This document shows, piece after piece, positions 1-14,479 of a stretch of DNA of 64,000 nucleotides. Location of the stretch: NCBI GenBank assembly GCA_013239625.1, contig MU053561.1, positions 5,878,439 to 5,942,438 of the forward strand. The letters run 5' to 3'. Source of the stretch: Lama guanicoe (lineage: Eukaryota). Under the pieces are notes generated by a model. The model saw only the letters and a program-made list of their open reading frames with translations, searched no databases and had not been told where the DNA came from. Within the stretch, counting starts at the first letter, position 1, and every line of letters starts with the position of its first letter. The position numbers were made by a program, and so were the translations under genes.

Positions 1-2194
1 AAGATGTGTACAGGACAAGGACATTGTATCTTTTCCACAAGTGTACCTCAAAATTGTGACATGAAGGACAACAGGACATGGGCAGCTCCTACACTGGGAT
101 CTTGGCTTTCTAGATAAAGGAGGTAGAAATGATGTCTCATCCTCCAGTAAGTTAATTTTTTCTGTATCAGTGCCTTTGCTATCCCTTCTACTATTTATAA
201 CTGTCAATTGTCTTTACACTATTTAAATACTCATGCTTTTTTTAAAGTATAAACTATAAACTTCTTGAGGGCAGTGATCACATATTTGTAGCTTTGATGG
301 CAACTAGTTCAGTGCCTGTTCTTATTAGGTCATTTCTTAAGAAATGTTGTTGGATTTGATGTTATAGGAGAATTGGACTTCAAGGGTCAACAGCTGCAAG
401 CGCTGGCAATCCATAGGTCTGGCCAAGAATTTCCATGAGGCAAGGCAACATTTGGCAATTACAAAGGCATTCCAGTGAAGTGAAGAGGAGGGTCAGATTT
501 TGCAATAGTTCTGCAAAGAAGACAGATCTTCGGGAGTGGCTGGGTTCTCAGAAAATTATATGCTAAATGGCAAAGAGTAATCTGGGTTCTTACCTTTACA
601 GAGATCGTGCAAGATATAATCTCTGCCAGATTCAAATAGGAAAAGGTGACATTAACAAGTTTTCTTAGCACTATAAACATTATGCTAAGTATTGAACATG
701 TAGAATATTTTTAAAAGATGCTATTACTGCTCTCAAGCTTAAAATCTTAATGCAAAGTCAATGTGTATGTATATAAACTAATCAGAGAACAATAATTTAC
801 ACCGAGTTATAAGTTAAGCATTAAAACACTGCTATTGGGGAAGGGATTCTAAAGATGGTGGCCTTAATATGGGTCAAGACCCCCAATTTTTGTGGATCTT
901 TGCTCCTCTGAGGCTTTACAAAATTCTCCTGCAGACATTTGAAATATAATAAAGTTTATTGCTTTAAACCCCACCCCACTCCACCTCACCCTACCTATCA
1001 ATATTTCAAGACAGCATTTCATATACCTGGTGTCATAACATGCTTAGCTCTTAACCTCATAACGCTCAAGCCTTTGAGCTTGAATCTATAACCCTAACTT
1101 GTAGTTTAAACTTCCCTCCCATTTCATGGACTCAGATTCCTCCTGCTAGAAGAACATGAGGACCCTAGGTCACTAGTTCGAAGATTCAGTCTCACAGGTA
1201 ATCAAGTCTTAAGGGGGTTCCTACCTTATACTTCTACTCCCCAGAACGGGATTTCTTGCTGGTAACTTCTCCTCCCGTGAGTAGAGATGCAGCCTCCAAA
1301 ACTATAGTCTTGTCACTGGGGGCCTCTGGTTTCCATGGTTTTTTGGATGCCAACTTTCTTCACACCTGAATCTGTTCATGTTGTCTAAAGTTTGCTTAGA
1401 TTAACAAACACCCTGAATCTTGGATTCATTTTGGACTTTCACCATAAGTAAAACTTTCTGCAAGGTCCTTGGGAGCTAGTGTTGGCGTAAAAGTCACAGA
1501 GAAGCAGGAGCCCAAGAGTCTCTTATTTCAAATGTTTCTGGCTACAAGGCAAAAGCAAGTAAGAGGCTGCAGCTCTGTGACAGGCTCATAGTCATCAACC
1601 TGTTTGTGATCCAAACAGTAGCACAGATGATTTCTGCTTTAAGGCATGAGGCAACGAAAGAGGCATTTCAGGAAAACAAAAAACAAACAAACAAACAAAC
1701 AATTAATATGGCATTAAATGGATTAGATAGCAAGGTGATTAAGATACTATATATGCCTTAGCATTTACATCAGATCAGATGAGATAATACAAGCAAAGTA
1801 CGCAACACAGTTCCTAGCACTCAACAAATGCTAGTTCTTTTCCCTCTGCATATAGATTTTACACTTAAAGTGCTTTTGCCTACATCAAATCCTCCTTAAA
1901 TCTTATGAATTAGGTATTTCCCCAAAGAATAGTGACTTGATCCCCAAAGTAGCACATCTGAAAAACCACAGGACTGAGAGTCAGACTCAGGTCTTCAGAT
2001 GCCAAAGCCAGAGGTCTTCAGATAGTCTTTCCCCTACACCCCAGACCCTTCTTATTGCATTTAAGATTGTGAAGGCTTGGATTAGAGTGCTAACAAAGGG
2101 ATGGAGATCAAAGAATGACGTGAGCTCCTGGGTAGCTGAGCTTGTTGGGGCCTTATTATTATACATCCTTATTTACAAACAAACAAACAATAAC

Positions 2195-2897
2195 AATACT
2201 TCATCTCTTCCAAGATACCTCTCTTTTCAAATTTTAACATCTCTAAAATTGAAACAATCGATGGTATTTTTCAATTGTTTTCATTGCTCAACAGTTTCAG
2301 TGTAGTTGTTATTGTCTGCTCATCCGCAAACTTGGTTGTTACTCCCAATGGTATGACTAGATAGCTGAAACCCATGGACATTTTAGTCAAAAAACCATTT
2401 AAACACCGCTTATGCAAGAAATATGAATCCTAGTTGTTGCCTGAAAACCTTCCCTTGACACCTTCCAGTAAGATCAAGAAAGCACCAGCATCAAAACTTG
2501 CAGAATGGATGTCGGAAGCTGGGAAGAAAATCTCAGGAAAAAAATGGTACAGTGCTGCTTAAGGAATGCTGCATTGCCAGTGCTCTTGATGGTACAAAGG
2601 GTGACACTGTATAGAAAAACAGAGACATCAATGACTCAGTTGAAAAGTAACTCAGAAGACAGACTCTGACGTAAAGACTCTGCAGTAACTGAATGATTTC
2701 CCTTTTATTAATGCACAAGTGTGATATATGATAAAAACCAATGTTTAAATAAACCTAAATAAGACCTTTAATAAGGGCTGAGTGAAAAGAAAGCATTTAC
2801 CATTGATTAACTAGTAGCATTATTTTCTTTCTAAGCAGTATATAAAATAATGGTATGCCCTACAATTGGTGATGTCTTAGATTCAATGAGAATGGTC
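2195..2897 (+). mobile_element. Degenerate Tc1/mariner-pogo (Tc2/Kanga-like) DNA transposon with transposase C-terminal remnant
   Basis: 2335-2613 translates VVTPNGMTR*LKPMDILVKKPFKHRLCKKYES*LLPENLPLTPSSKIKKAPASKLAEW...KECCIASALDGT, matching the pogo DDE motif IPGGMT.QLQPLD...PFK. End CTTAGATTCAATGAGAATGG resembles a Tc2-type TIR. Confidence 0.75.
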
Positions 2898-3299
2898 ACT
2901 TTCTATTTGTATAATTGCTTTACAGTTCATACAGTTAACTCATTTTGGTCATCATAATAACCTTGTGACTATTAGGAGCAAAATATTAGCATCAATTTTT
3001 ATCTACGGGAAAAATAAGGCAGATTAAATAACCACTTCAGCCAGCCATAGATTCAGGATAAGGACTCCTCTGAACACAGTCCTCTAGAATAAACCTAAAT
3101 CCTTTTTTCCTCTAAAATTTCAAAGCTTGTATCAATCTTAGTGCTACTGTTAAAAAAAAAAAGAAAGAAAAGAAAGGAGCAGATCTGGTAAGAATGAATA
3201 TAGCAGTTCAGGATGAGTATTGAAAATGCCTCCCTCTTTGGCAAGGGAAGTGATTGTCAGGGCTTTAACAACAATAAGTCATTGTTACAAACAGCCTAG

Positions 3300-3750
3300 T
3301 ACTGTGTACTAGCACATAAAATGTATTAAATAAATAATAGGAGTTGTATTACTCCGAGTTGTTCATGCTGGCTGTCCCAGCAGTCAAACCCTGAATTCTT
3401 AATGACTTAAGCAACAAAGACACGTGACTCACACATGTCACATATCCTGCACAGGCTGGTGCAAAGCGAAGGCTGTGGAGCTCCACCCTACACCTTCGTT
3501 CCAGTAACCAAGATGACCTGGGATCTATCATCTTGCAGCTGTATCACGTGGAACGTGGAACTTCTGAGGTCGCTGTGAGGGGGGAAAAAGGGTTAGGAGA
3601 AACGCATCGGCTTATAACTTCCTCAGCCTGAAAGTGATACAAGACTTCCTTCAGGCCATTAGCCAGAGCAATGACCCCAACCTAACTGAAGGAAGGCTGG
3701 GAAAAGCAGAGGAGCAAAGGAATGTTTGGTGACTACTGTCCATACTACAA
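3300..3750 (-). mobile_element. Probable MaLR (MLT1-like) LTR fragment
   Basis: Motifs such as CCCAACCTAACTGAAGGAAGGCTGGGAAA resemble MLT1 LTRs. Recognised by eye only. Confidence 0.4.
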
Positions 3751-4419
3751 CAGTCCGATAATCATTTCCTTGAGGGCAAGAATCTGTTTTGTTTATGCAT
3801 ATTCCCAAATGTCTAGAATAGTGTCTGGCTTATAGAGTTCATTAATGATTAGTGAGTTAATAAATCAGTGAACTAATAAATGGCATATGAAGCTGGTTTT
3901 CCTCACTTCAACTATGAATCTATTCTGAAAAGTTTCTAGATAGAAGTAGATACTCACGTTTGGGTTAATATATCAGAAATACCTAGAGTCAACAAGAAGG
4001 CATTCTGGTCAGAATTAATTTGAAGTTGGCAAGCTCATTCTCAAGTGTAATTAGACCACATGAAGTCTTTTCAGCGGGAGCTTAATGATTCTTTAAAGTG
4101 ACTAAAATATGAAGAAACACGGCACTCAACTCTAAAAGCCAGTTTGGATTCTTGGTTTCACTTTAAAAGGAACACAGACTGCAATCTTCCTAGACATGAT
4201 TGCATAGGGAGTTGGAAATAATTTGCCATGATGATAAGATAGTAGATTGTGGTGATATGAAAAGGCAAACAGTAGCCCGGCACAGGGAACCCAATAAGTA
4301 GCAGCCCTTTTGACTCCAATTCAACACCTGTTCTTAATATTACCTGCATGATCAGGAAGACACACAGGGTGCACCATTGATTTTCACAAAGGAATCTCAG
4401 AGTAATTATAAGGTGTAAT

Positions 4420-4780
4420 TCATCATTCATTCAACAAATGTTTATTAAGCACCAAATGTGTGCAAAGTACAATGTTTAGTGGAGATTCAGGTGCAAAAAA
4501 CAGACAGGATTTCTACCCTAATGGAACTTATAAACTAAAAAGGAAGACACTGAGCAACTATTATCACAAACATGACATAGGGTGCAAAAAGGGAAGTACC
4601 AGGTGCTATGGAGTGATGAACTGGGAGACTTCCTGGTTTTGAGCAGTAAGAAAGTAGGATCAGGGAAGCTCCCTCAAGAAACTGAGGTTTTAACTTAAAT
4701 CCAAAGGATAAAGAGGATTTGGCAATGGGAGAGGGAAAAGTGAGGGAAAGAGAATTCCAGATGGAGGGAATACCTGGTCT
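4420..4780 (-). mobile_element. L2 LINE 3' fragment
   Basis: CATTCATTCAACAAATGTTTATTAAGCACC is the typical L2 3' end in antisense, followed by L2-like body. Confidence 0.7.
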
Positions 4781-7759
4781 TCACAGCCCCACTGTGAAAT
4801 CACGCAGGATTATATGCTTTATCGTATAGCTGGAGAAGGGGTAGAAGAATAAATTGATTTAAACGATGTTCAAAGGACATCATTTAACAAATAGCTTAAT
4901 TAGGACCATAGGCCACATTCCTTACCTTTCAGGGCAGGGGACACAATTGTCTCTCTAAGGTAGACTCTCTTTCCTGACTCAAAACAGTAGCTGAGCCAGT
5001 CATTCATTTATAACCCACCAGGCACATCAACCAGCCACAGACTAGACTGATTTAACAGATACAAATTTACAGTCTGTTTCACGGCACGCAGGATGAGAAC
5101 TAAAGAGCCCTAAAAGGCTTTCATGCAGGAAGAGGGTGGGGTGTAGTGGCAGAGGGGGAGGCTTCACTGTTGAGAGCCAAGCGCTAAAAGCAGCTGCTTG
5201 TGACTTTTCCGTCATCAGTCCTCCCTCCTCCATTGTGCGTGAGACACACATCAGATGTTCTGGTTTATGATTTCAGCTTCAGAGAACATACGCTTTGAGA
5301 TCTAAGCTCATGTATCTCTTCCTGGCATGGTGCCTGTTCATTAACTGGGCTCTAAAATCCATCTGAGAGTGATAATTAAATGCTGAGAATACTGGGACCC
5401 TTTTCTCCCACTTTCAAGGAGGTCTGAAGTCTTGTGGAGTGGTTAAGTCTCAGGCCTGGGTGCCTACTTGCTGTACTTGCTAGAAAATGACAAAGCACAG
5501 GCTACCAAAAAGATTCTGTCCAGATGCCAGAACCATGTCAGAACACAAGGTCACATACAGCTGCTGCCTTCCCCCATTTGTATCAGCCAGAGTGCAATCT
5601 ATTATCTTTCCTTTGGAAGACACAGTAGAGACTAACTCGTGGAGGTCCCATTTAAGTGCTACTTTACCTGTTAGGTAGACCAGACATAGGGAGGGCCAAG
5701 TCTTTACCTTTTCATACTGTGTGTACCTCCCCAGGTAAATTAAAGTAGAAAAATCAATTATTTATAAGAGAAATAACAGAGGAAAGCCCTTACAGGCTTT
5801 TGCTTCTTTGATTCAAGAGCACAGATCCTGATTTGACTGAGATGTCAGCAAGTGATAAATGTTTGCATACCAACAAACAATCTCCAAAAAGGTTAAAGCT
5901 CCTGATATTCTGATCATTTAAAAATATACTACAGATTTTCATTAAGCATTCGTGTTGAAAACTCTCACTTTTTTCCAAAAAATGCTGGGTCATATAACCA
6001 CTCAGATTACCTCCCCCAAATTATCTCATGCAACAATGAAAACCATTGTAAAATAAACATCAAAAGATTTTCTTTATAAAGAACAAAATTACAGCAATGA
6101 TAACAATAATCTGTTCTAATCTAAATGACAGCAGTCTCTGAGCACCAAGGCTGCCTGCTTTATCACCAGGTAGCCACATTTAAGTGAGTTTTGTGTCAGA
6201 AATCTTTTCATAACCGGATATTAGACCCAATTTGAGGTGACCTGAATGATGGGTTCACTTTGAAAAGAGCATGTTAAAGTTAGTAGTGAGGTTATATCAG
6301 GTCTTCTTAGTCCACATTATTACTTCTTATAATCAGCCTGAAGCCTTGAGGAAAGTAGCTAGGGAAAAAGGGAGGATGTAAGAAAGAGATGTTTAAATCA
6401 GCACCATGAAGTTGTATTTATATGTTTTATTTCAAATGGGCTATTCTGAAGATAAGTACAGTGTGAGTATTTGGCGTGGGCAGGGGGGAAATGCCAATTC
6501 AAAAATAGGAAGAAAAGCTACGTTACTATATTATTTAACATATGGTAAAATCCTAAAACTTTTCCATCTCTTTTCTCAGACTTAAAAGAATACAGTTGCC
6601 AACTACTACGTTATACATAAGTGGGAAAGAAGAAAGATGATATAAAGGTTCTAGGAATTAGAAAATCCAATTATTGTTTGGATTCTAAACACTATGTAGC
6701 CTTGGATAAGTTTGGACTTTATTTTTCCATCTATAAAATGAAGGGAGTTGGAGTAATCATTTCTAACCCATCCTCCAGTTTGAATAATCTATGATTTCAT
6801 CTGACAGGCAAACTCTCCCCTTTGTCATCCCTGTTGTTATATATGGAATGCTTAATCTTTTCCAGTTTAAAAAAAATCACTTACCAGATGCTTAAAATAA
6901 AATAATTCTCTCTCTATAGAATGTCTGCCTTTTTTTTCTTTCAGGTAGTCATGGCACCACTTAAAAATTATAAAAAATATCCAAATAAAGATATAAAGAA
7001 AATAAATACCACCCTACAGTCCCACCACTGAGGGACAAACTATCTCAACATTTTGAGTTATAATCTTCTAATATTACTTTTGTGCCTATGCTTTTATGCA
7101 TATTTAACTTAAAAAATAAAACTATGATGACTTTGTACTTAGCGTTTTGAAACCTACGTTCTTTAATATTACATCAGAAATATTCTCCATATTTTTCTAA
7201 AGCATGATTGTTTTTCATAGCTCCATGTGTAATCCATCATTTAGAAATAACCACAATTTAATTCACTCATTATTGTTAAATACCTAGGTTATTTATAGTC
7301 TTTATAATAAATAACACTGCACTGAACAAACTTGTACAAGAATATCTGATTATTTCCTAAGGATAAATTCTCATAACTAAAATTACTCCCACTAGCAATG
7401 TATGAGAGTGCTGGTTTCCAGATGTATGAGAGAAACTGGTTTTATAATTTAAAGAAATCTTTGCCAATATGTCACATGAAAAACTCTTAAGGTCCTGGGC
7501 TTTATAATTAAGAGAAACCCTTGTTGATATCCATGTCTGTCTATTATTAAACATTTTTCTGGTTTGTTTTTTTTTTTGGTCATTTGTATTTCTTTTTTTG
7601 GTTAAATGTCTATTCCATTCCTTTGTCTGTTTTCCCACTTGTTCACCACTTTTCTTTTTGAGATTCCTCAAATACCTCATTTTTTTTTTTGATGGGGTAG
7701 ATTTTAGAAGGTACCCTGCAGATTCAGGGTGGTTTTTGTTTTTTGTTTTTTTTCAGTCC

Positions 7760-8660
7760 TTGTTTTATTTTTCATGTTTTCTTCCAGTTTTACTCTAACA
7801 CAATTGACATGCAGCACTGTATAAGTTTAAGGTATACAGTATAATGATTTGATTTACGTATATCGTGAAATGATTACCCTAATAAATTTAGTGACCATCC
7901 ATCATTTCATACAGATACAAAATTAAAGAAATAGGAAAAATCTTTTTCCTTGTGATGAAAACTCAGGATTTACTCTCTTAAATTTCATAAATATAAACAC
8001 AGCAGTATTAATTACATTAACCGTTTTGTACATTATATATCTAGTACTAATTTATAGTATAATTGGAAGTTTGTACCTTCTGACTACCTTCATCTAATTC
8101 CCCCTACTCCCAACTCCCCAACTCTGGTAACCACAAATCTGATCTCTCTTTTTTTTTATGAGTTACTTTGTTTTTGAAGTATAATTGACCTACAACACTA
8201 TGTTAGTTCCTGTTACACCTCATAGTGATTTAAAACTTCTATACACTTCAAACTGATCACCACAATAAATCTAGTTATCATCTGTCACCATACACAGATA
8301 TCACATTATTATTGACAATATTCCCAATATTCCCCACTCTGTACATTTCATCCCTGTGACTCATTTATTTTGCAACTGGAAGTCTATACCTCTTAATTTC
8401 TCTCAATTACTTCTCTCCTCCCCCTCAACACTGTCCTCCTCCCTCCCCCACAACCACCTATTTGTTCTCTGTATTTATGTCTCCATTTCTGTTCTGCTTG
8501 TTAATTTGTTTTGTTTTTTAGATTCTACATATAAGTGAAATCATGTAGTACCTGTCTTTCTCTGTCTGGTTTATCTTATTTAGCATAATATCCATGTTGT
8601 TGCAAATGGCAAGAGTTCATTCTTTTTCATGGCTGGGTAATATTCCACTGTAGATATATC
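7760..8660 (-). mobile_element. L1 3' end fragment
   Basis: T-rich tail, L1 3'UTR motifs, then TTAGATTCTACATATAAGTGAAATCATG...GTTGCAAATGGCAAG (ORF2 end in antisense). Confidence 0.8.
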
Positions 8661-9607
8661 ACAAGACTTAGTTGTTTTTGATGATCAAATATTGTCATAA
8701 TTATGGTCCCAGACCAAAACTTCAATTAATGTTCTCTCTTTTGCGGTTTTCCTCTGGCCTATCTACACATCATTTTATAATTTTGTTTTGCTTTTTAAGT
8801 CCCAAGCCTACCAGTAAATCATTTTAGGTGCTCTATTCTGGAGCACCTTTTCCATCAATATTTTAATAATAAAATATTTTGAATAAGAGATTAAGACTTC
8901 ATTAATTTTATGCATTGAAACAATAAATCTTAAAAATTGACAGGTCAATATTGGATAAATTGCAAGAACATTAGCATATTGCAGGTATTTGATTTTTAAG
9001 TGTACAACCTACTAGAATATATCAAAATTATGATGGTAGAACAAAAAATTTACATTCAGATATTTGACAATTTGATTCATCAGATTATGTGGGTGGACTG
9101 GCTAGGTACATCTTGGAAGTGAGTGTATTCATTAGAACTTTTCAAAAAACAAAACAAAACAAAAAGCTCTCAGTGGTCCTGACAAATGTAGTGTTCTTTA
9201 GACTCTCAGAAAAAAACCAATAAGCTAGAAACACTAAGTGGAAACCCAAAGAACCCCCTTGCTGGACTCTGACTTACTGGCTGAGCAGATTACTGTTGAC
9301 AGCTGATCATTCAAAAGAACAACCTATAACACACCATGCACGTACGGAATCATCAAGCACATTTTCACATAACCTATTGCCTCTTTACCTTTTTCTGAGC
9401 CTACATCTATTCCTTTCTGAGCATATACCTATTATTATTCTCTTTCTTCTTTCTTTGTTTTTTGGGTTGCTGTTTCATATGTAGAATTATATTTAGAATT
9501 TGTTTTTTAGAGAAGGTAAAAGTTTTCGATAAATTTTTGATTCTGTAACAAACACTGTCCTATTGACTTTAAGGAAATCATTTCAAGGTCTCTTCTGAAA
9601 CATTTTT

Positions 9608-9703
9608 TTAGTTTTTTTTTTTTTAATGGATGTACTGGTGATTGAACCAGGACTTGTGCGTGCTAAGTACATGCTCTACGACTGAGCTATAATCCTTGCC
9701 CCA
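9608..9703 (-). mobile_element. tRNA-Ala-derived camelid SINE (vic-1-like)
   Basis: Reverse complement GGATTATAGCTCAGTCGTAGAGCATGTACTTAGCACGCACAAGTCCTGGTTCAATC + poly(A). TSD AAACATTTTT at 9598-9607 and 9704-9713. Confidence 0.88.
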
Positions 9704-11562
9704 AAACATTTTTAACTAAAATTTTAATATTGAAATGTGCTGGTTATTATGATATTGAAATTAATCTAATGTACCCAAAGAGCAATAAATCTTACCTGCT
9801 AGAAATCATTAAGTGAAAAAAGGAGAGTTACAGAAGAGTATATACAGTATGTTATCATTTTATATATATAATTTAAAAAATCTATAGATATATATCTACA
9901 TATACATTGAATATCCCTAGAAGGATAGAAAAGTAACAAAAATGCTACTGGTAATATCAGTTGACTCTGGGGAGGTGAGGTGAGGTGAATGGCTGGGGAA
10001 CTGGGGTGTCAGATTTCCTTTTCATTGTCTATTCCTTTGTAGCCTTAAATTTTTGTCCCATGTACAGGAATTAACAAATATTTAAAAATACTACACATAG
10101 TAGGTATTTAATAAATATGGAGTGAATGAATAAATGGATGAATTAAGTGAAATGAATGAATGTCTTAAACATGCACTTGGTTTACTAAAGCCTTAGAATC
10201 CATATGTATAGCAGCAGTGTTGTTAAAATGAATGTGTCAAAACGGTAGCAAAATTTCTGTACATGTCTTCAGAAATGGCAGAAGTGTGATTGCAGCTAGA
10301 AAAGGTGCTTTGGTTGATAGAGGAATATTTTCATAAATGGTTCTAGGCTAGTGCTTTAAAAATTCCTAAGTAAACAATGCCGCATTATCCTCCATCCCCT
10401 AAATCTGTGGAAGAATTATTACTCACTGGCAAAACACCTCTTGTGATCTAGAAGAACATGCACTAACCCTATCATTAAAAAGTCACACTCCAAGCTTGTC
10501 TAATGGCAGTTTTATCAAACTTCCTCTCACTGCTAAATAGTTAAACTTCATAATTGCATGAAGCTAAATGGCTTTTTAAGAATAGATATAAAGTCTGAAT
10601 TGGAGAAAAAAAAACTATTGTCACTTTGTTAGATTCTTAATTGAACCAATCCATTACCTTTATTACATTATAAGGGATAAGGAACTTTCATATGTATATT
10701 TTTTTAATATATACTTGTTGAAGAAGCTGGTCCTGACCAATATTTTTCTGAAAAAATGATGAAAAGTATAGCAAGCAAACTTCAAACTAACATTTTTACT
10801 GCATCTCTTACTTCAGTGAAGCTAATCAAGGGTTTACACCAAATGCAGTTACTTTAGGCATTGTTTGGTACTTGGTATGCTAAGATAGGGAAGCAACCAC
10901 CTGTTGTGTACTCAGGTCAAGTCTTGAGGGCAGACATGGATCTAAAAAGTGACAGTTTATTGGAGTCAAAATAATGAAGAGAAGACATCGGAATTCTAGT
11001 TATTCTTGTTGGGTAGGTGAAGGCTGGATTGTGGAATTTACTGCAGTGCAGATTTTTAAAGTGTTTTGCCAGAAAAATAAAGACAACCAGATAAAAGTGG
11101 TTTTATACTTAAGCAACTCTACGCAAAATGCTTACGACAGTGCCTGGCACAGAGGCACTATATAAGTGTTAGTTGCTATTTACCGTCACCATTATTATGC
11201 TGTCACCACTTTGAAATAACCAATTTGTATTTGCCATACACGTTGGTCTATATAAAACAATCTGTATGATACCAAGAGAAGAAATAGTCCCTGTTTGTAA
11301 GAAGTTTATAGTGATACATTTTGAATGAGAAAAGACAGTTAAATTGTTAAAGAAAAAAATATTTAGTTTCTTTGAGGCAATGTCCTTTGCTAGTTCAGCT
11401 GGAGTCCTACATCAAAAGTTGAGAAAAGTTCATAGCATATTCCTTTTCAAACAAGTTTAAAACAGATCACTGATATTTAAAATAAACAGAAATAAATTAC
11501 ACAGTAATGATTTACTGGTTTTCAACATGGTGTCATAAAACTTAACCAAACTCTATATATAG

Positions 11563-11692
11563 ATTTTTTTTTTTAAGTGGGGAGCTAACTAGGTTTAGTT
11601 TTTTTTTTTTTTTGGGAGGTATTGGAAATTGAGCCCAAGACCTTGCACATGCTAAGCATGTGCTCTGTCACTTTGAGCTATACCCTCCTTCC
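11563..11692 (-). mobile_element. tRNA-Ala-derived camelid SINE (vic-1-like)
   Basis: TGCACATGCTAAGCATGTGCTCT...GAGCTATACCC (tRNA-Ala head in antisense) with A-rich tail. Confidence 0.85.
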
Positions 11693-12195
11693 ACATATAT
11701 TTTGAATATAAGAATAAAGATTCCCAGGGAAGTCAGGTTCTTGAGTGAGGACCTAGAGGGTAATTTTTTGTTTTTCCTGATAAGGATAGAATGCCAAGAG
11801 GAAGAGGCCGGGAGGAGGAGGAAGGCTGCCTAGGGACCTGGATACATGAGAATGTCTTCAGGCTTCAACTATGCATGCCTCCATTTCTGAACACCTTTAT
11901 TTTTTGATCCCTTCCAGTCTAAAAAACAAAAGGCAGGGGGCACTAAAAGGAACTGTACTACAACTGTAGTGGATAATCAAGAGGCAGAAAATGTTCTTCA
12001 GTAATTTAAAAGTATCTTGGAAACTCCTTGAAAAAAAGTAAGCGAAAATCTTTTTGAAGAGGAAATCCCAATTTCTAGTAGAGACTGTCCTAGAAAGGTT
12101 AGCTTTCCAAGTTGACAGAAAGTCATACTAAACTCTAACACATAATTTAAATGTTCTTCTAATACATAAATAGAAAATCCTTGGTGACTTAGTCC

Positions 12196-13416
12196 TTTTT
12201 TTTAATTAAAAAATTTTTATTGAAGTATAGTTGTTTTACATGGTTGTATTAGTTTCTGGTGTACAGCATAGAAATTCAGTTTTATATACATATATGTATA
12301 TATTTTTCATATTCTTTTTCATTATAGTTTACTACTAGCCACTGAATATAGTTAGTTCCCTGTGCTATATAGTAGGACCTTGTTGTTTACCTATTTGTGC
12401 ATAGACGTTTGTATCTGCCCATCCCAAACTCCCAGTTTAGCTCTTCCTCCCTTTTTCCCCTGGTAACTATCAGTTTCTTTTTCTAAGCCTTTGAGTCACT
12501 TTCTGTTTTATAAGTTCATTTGTGTCATTCTTTTAGATTCCACATATAAGTGATATCACATGACATTTTTCTTTCTCTGTCTGACATTGTCCATTTAGTA
12601 TGATAATCTCTAGGTCCATCTATGTTGCTGTAAATGGCATTATTTCATTTGTTTTTATGGCTGAGTAGTATTCTATTGCATATATATACCACATTTTCTT
12701 TATCCATCCATCTGTTGATGGACATTTAGGTTGCTTCCATGTCTTGGCTACTTAAATAGTGCTGCTATGAACATTGGGGTGCATGTATCTTCTCAATTTA
12801 GAGTTTTTGTTTTTTCCAGATATATGTGCAGGAATGGGATTGCTGGATCATATGGTAACTCTATTTTTAGTTTTTTAAGGAACCTCTGTAGTATTCTCTG
12901 CAGTGGCTGCACCAACTTACATTCCCACCAACAATGTAGGAGGGTTCCTTTTCTCCACAGCTTCTCCAGCATTTATTATTTGTAGACTTTTTGATAATGA
13001 CCATTCTGAGCAGTGTGAGATGATACCTCATAGTAGTTTTAACTTGCATTTCTTGAATAATTGGTGATGTTGAGTATCTTTTCATGTGCCTGTTGGCCAT
13101 ATGTATATATTCTTTGGAGAAATGTTGATTTAGATCTTCTGCTCATTTTTTGATTGGGTTGTTTGTTTTTTTGATATTGAGCTGTGTGAGCTGCTTATAT
13201 ATTTTGGAAATTAATTCCTTGCAGGTCCTATTGTTTGTAAATACTTTCTCCCATCCTATAGGTTGTCTTTTCATTTTGTTTACAGTTTTCTTTGCTGCAC
13301 AAAAGCTTTTAAGTTTAGTTAGCTCCCATTTGTTTTCACTTCCCTTACTTTAGATGGATCCAAAAAACTATTGCTGATTTATGTCAAAGAGTGTTCCATC
13401 TATATTTTCCTCTAGG
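12196..13416 (-). mobile_element. 5'-truncated L1 (ORF2 C-terminus + 3'UTR)
   Basis: ORF 12867-13100 [29 protein letters not shown]... is L1 ORF2. Poly(T) at the left end. Confidence 0.93.
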
Positions 13417-14479
13417 GCAGTCTTACTTTATATTTTCCTTAGATGTTTTAAATCTACTTTAAAATATACCCTTTCCCTTCTTCTCCCCAGCTTTCTCTCC
13501 TCATGTGAAAATAAACGAGAAAATTTGCTTTGCTGACCAAAGGAAAAGCTTTCTATATGGAAAATGTATAAATGAGATCACAAAGTGTTTATATGGCTAT
13601 TGGAACTCTTAAGATAATTTCCAAATTCTATGACTTTTGCATTCTTAAAATTAGAAAACACATTAGGAGTTTGAAATGCCTGAATTTTAAGGTACAAAGA
13701 CTGACTCCATTTTTGTTTGAGGTCCTTAAAATTTCAGGAGATCCACCAACAGCCTAGAAGAGCTCTTCCCTTGGAATGGTAAGGTTTACAAATATGCAAT
13801 GTTTCAAAGACAGAGAGATCAATCTAGAGGAGGTAAGGCAAGATATGGAATTTAATTATCAAGCCAATGAAAGCATTTCCAAAATAAACATATGCTCCCT
13901 GGAAGGAAACAGCAAATGAAACATATTATATTTAATTTGGATTTGGAGGTGGCTTTCCTAAGCAATTTATTAAAGCGTAAACAATAATTATGTAGAAAGA
14001 ACTTGGTTTAGTAAATACGATAATTTTGAAACCTTATTAATTCACGTTAATGAGGAATCTAAATTGGATTACAAAGAGGTGTGAATTATATAGCAGGATT
14101 ATTACAACTACTCCCTTGTTACTTTATCTGCTTCTCTTTCTTCTCCATGTTATTCTGTATACAGCTCACCTGGTACATGGAGAAAGTGCTTTCCATGAAG
14201 AAATAGCATGTACAAAGGCTGAAGGATCAGGGTTGGGACTATGAAACAGCCTTTTATTTCCTGCCTCTCATTCTCCTCATCCCCATCCCTCCCTATGACC
14301 TTAGAATTTTCGATAAATAAATGAAAATAGGAGCACAAGCTATGACTTAAGTAGACCTAGGTTTAAACCTCGGCCTTATAGTACCTATAAAGCTAAAAAT
14401 TACCTACTTTAAAACTAAGCATAAGAATAGCTTAGTAACATATCTAAGTTTGAGGGAAATGGGATGGGATTTCCCTGGA

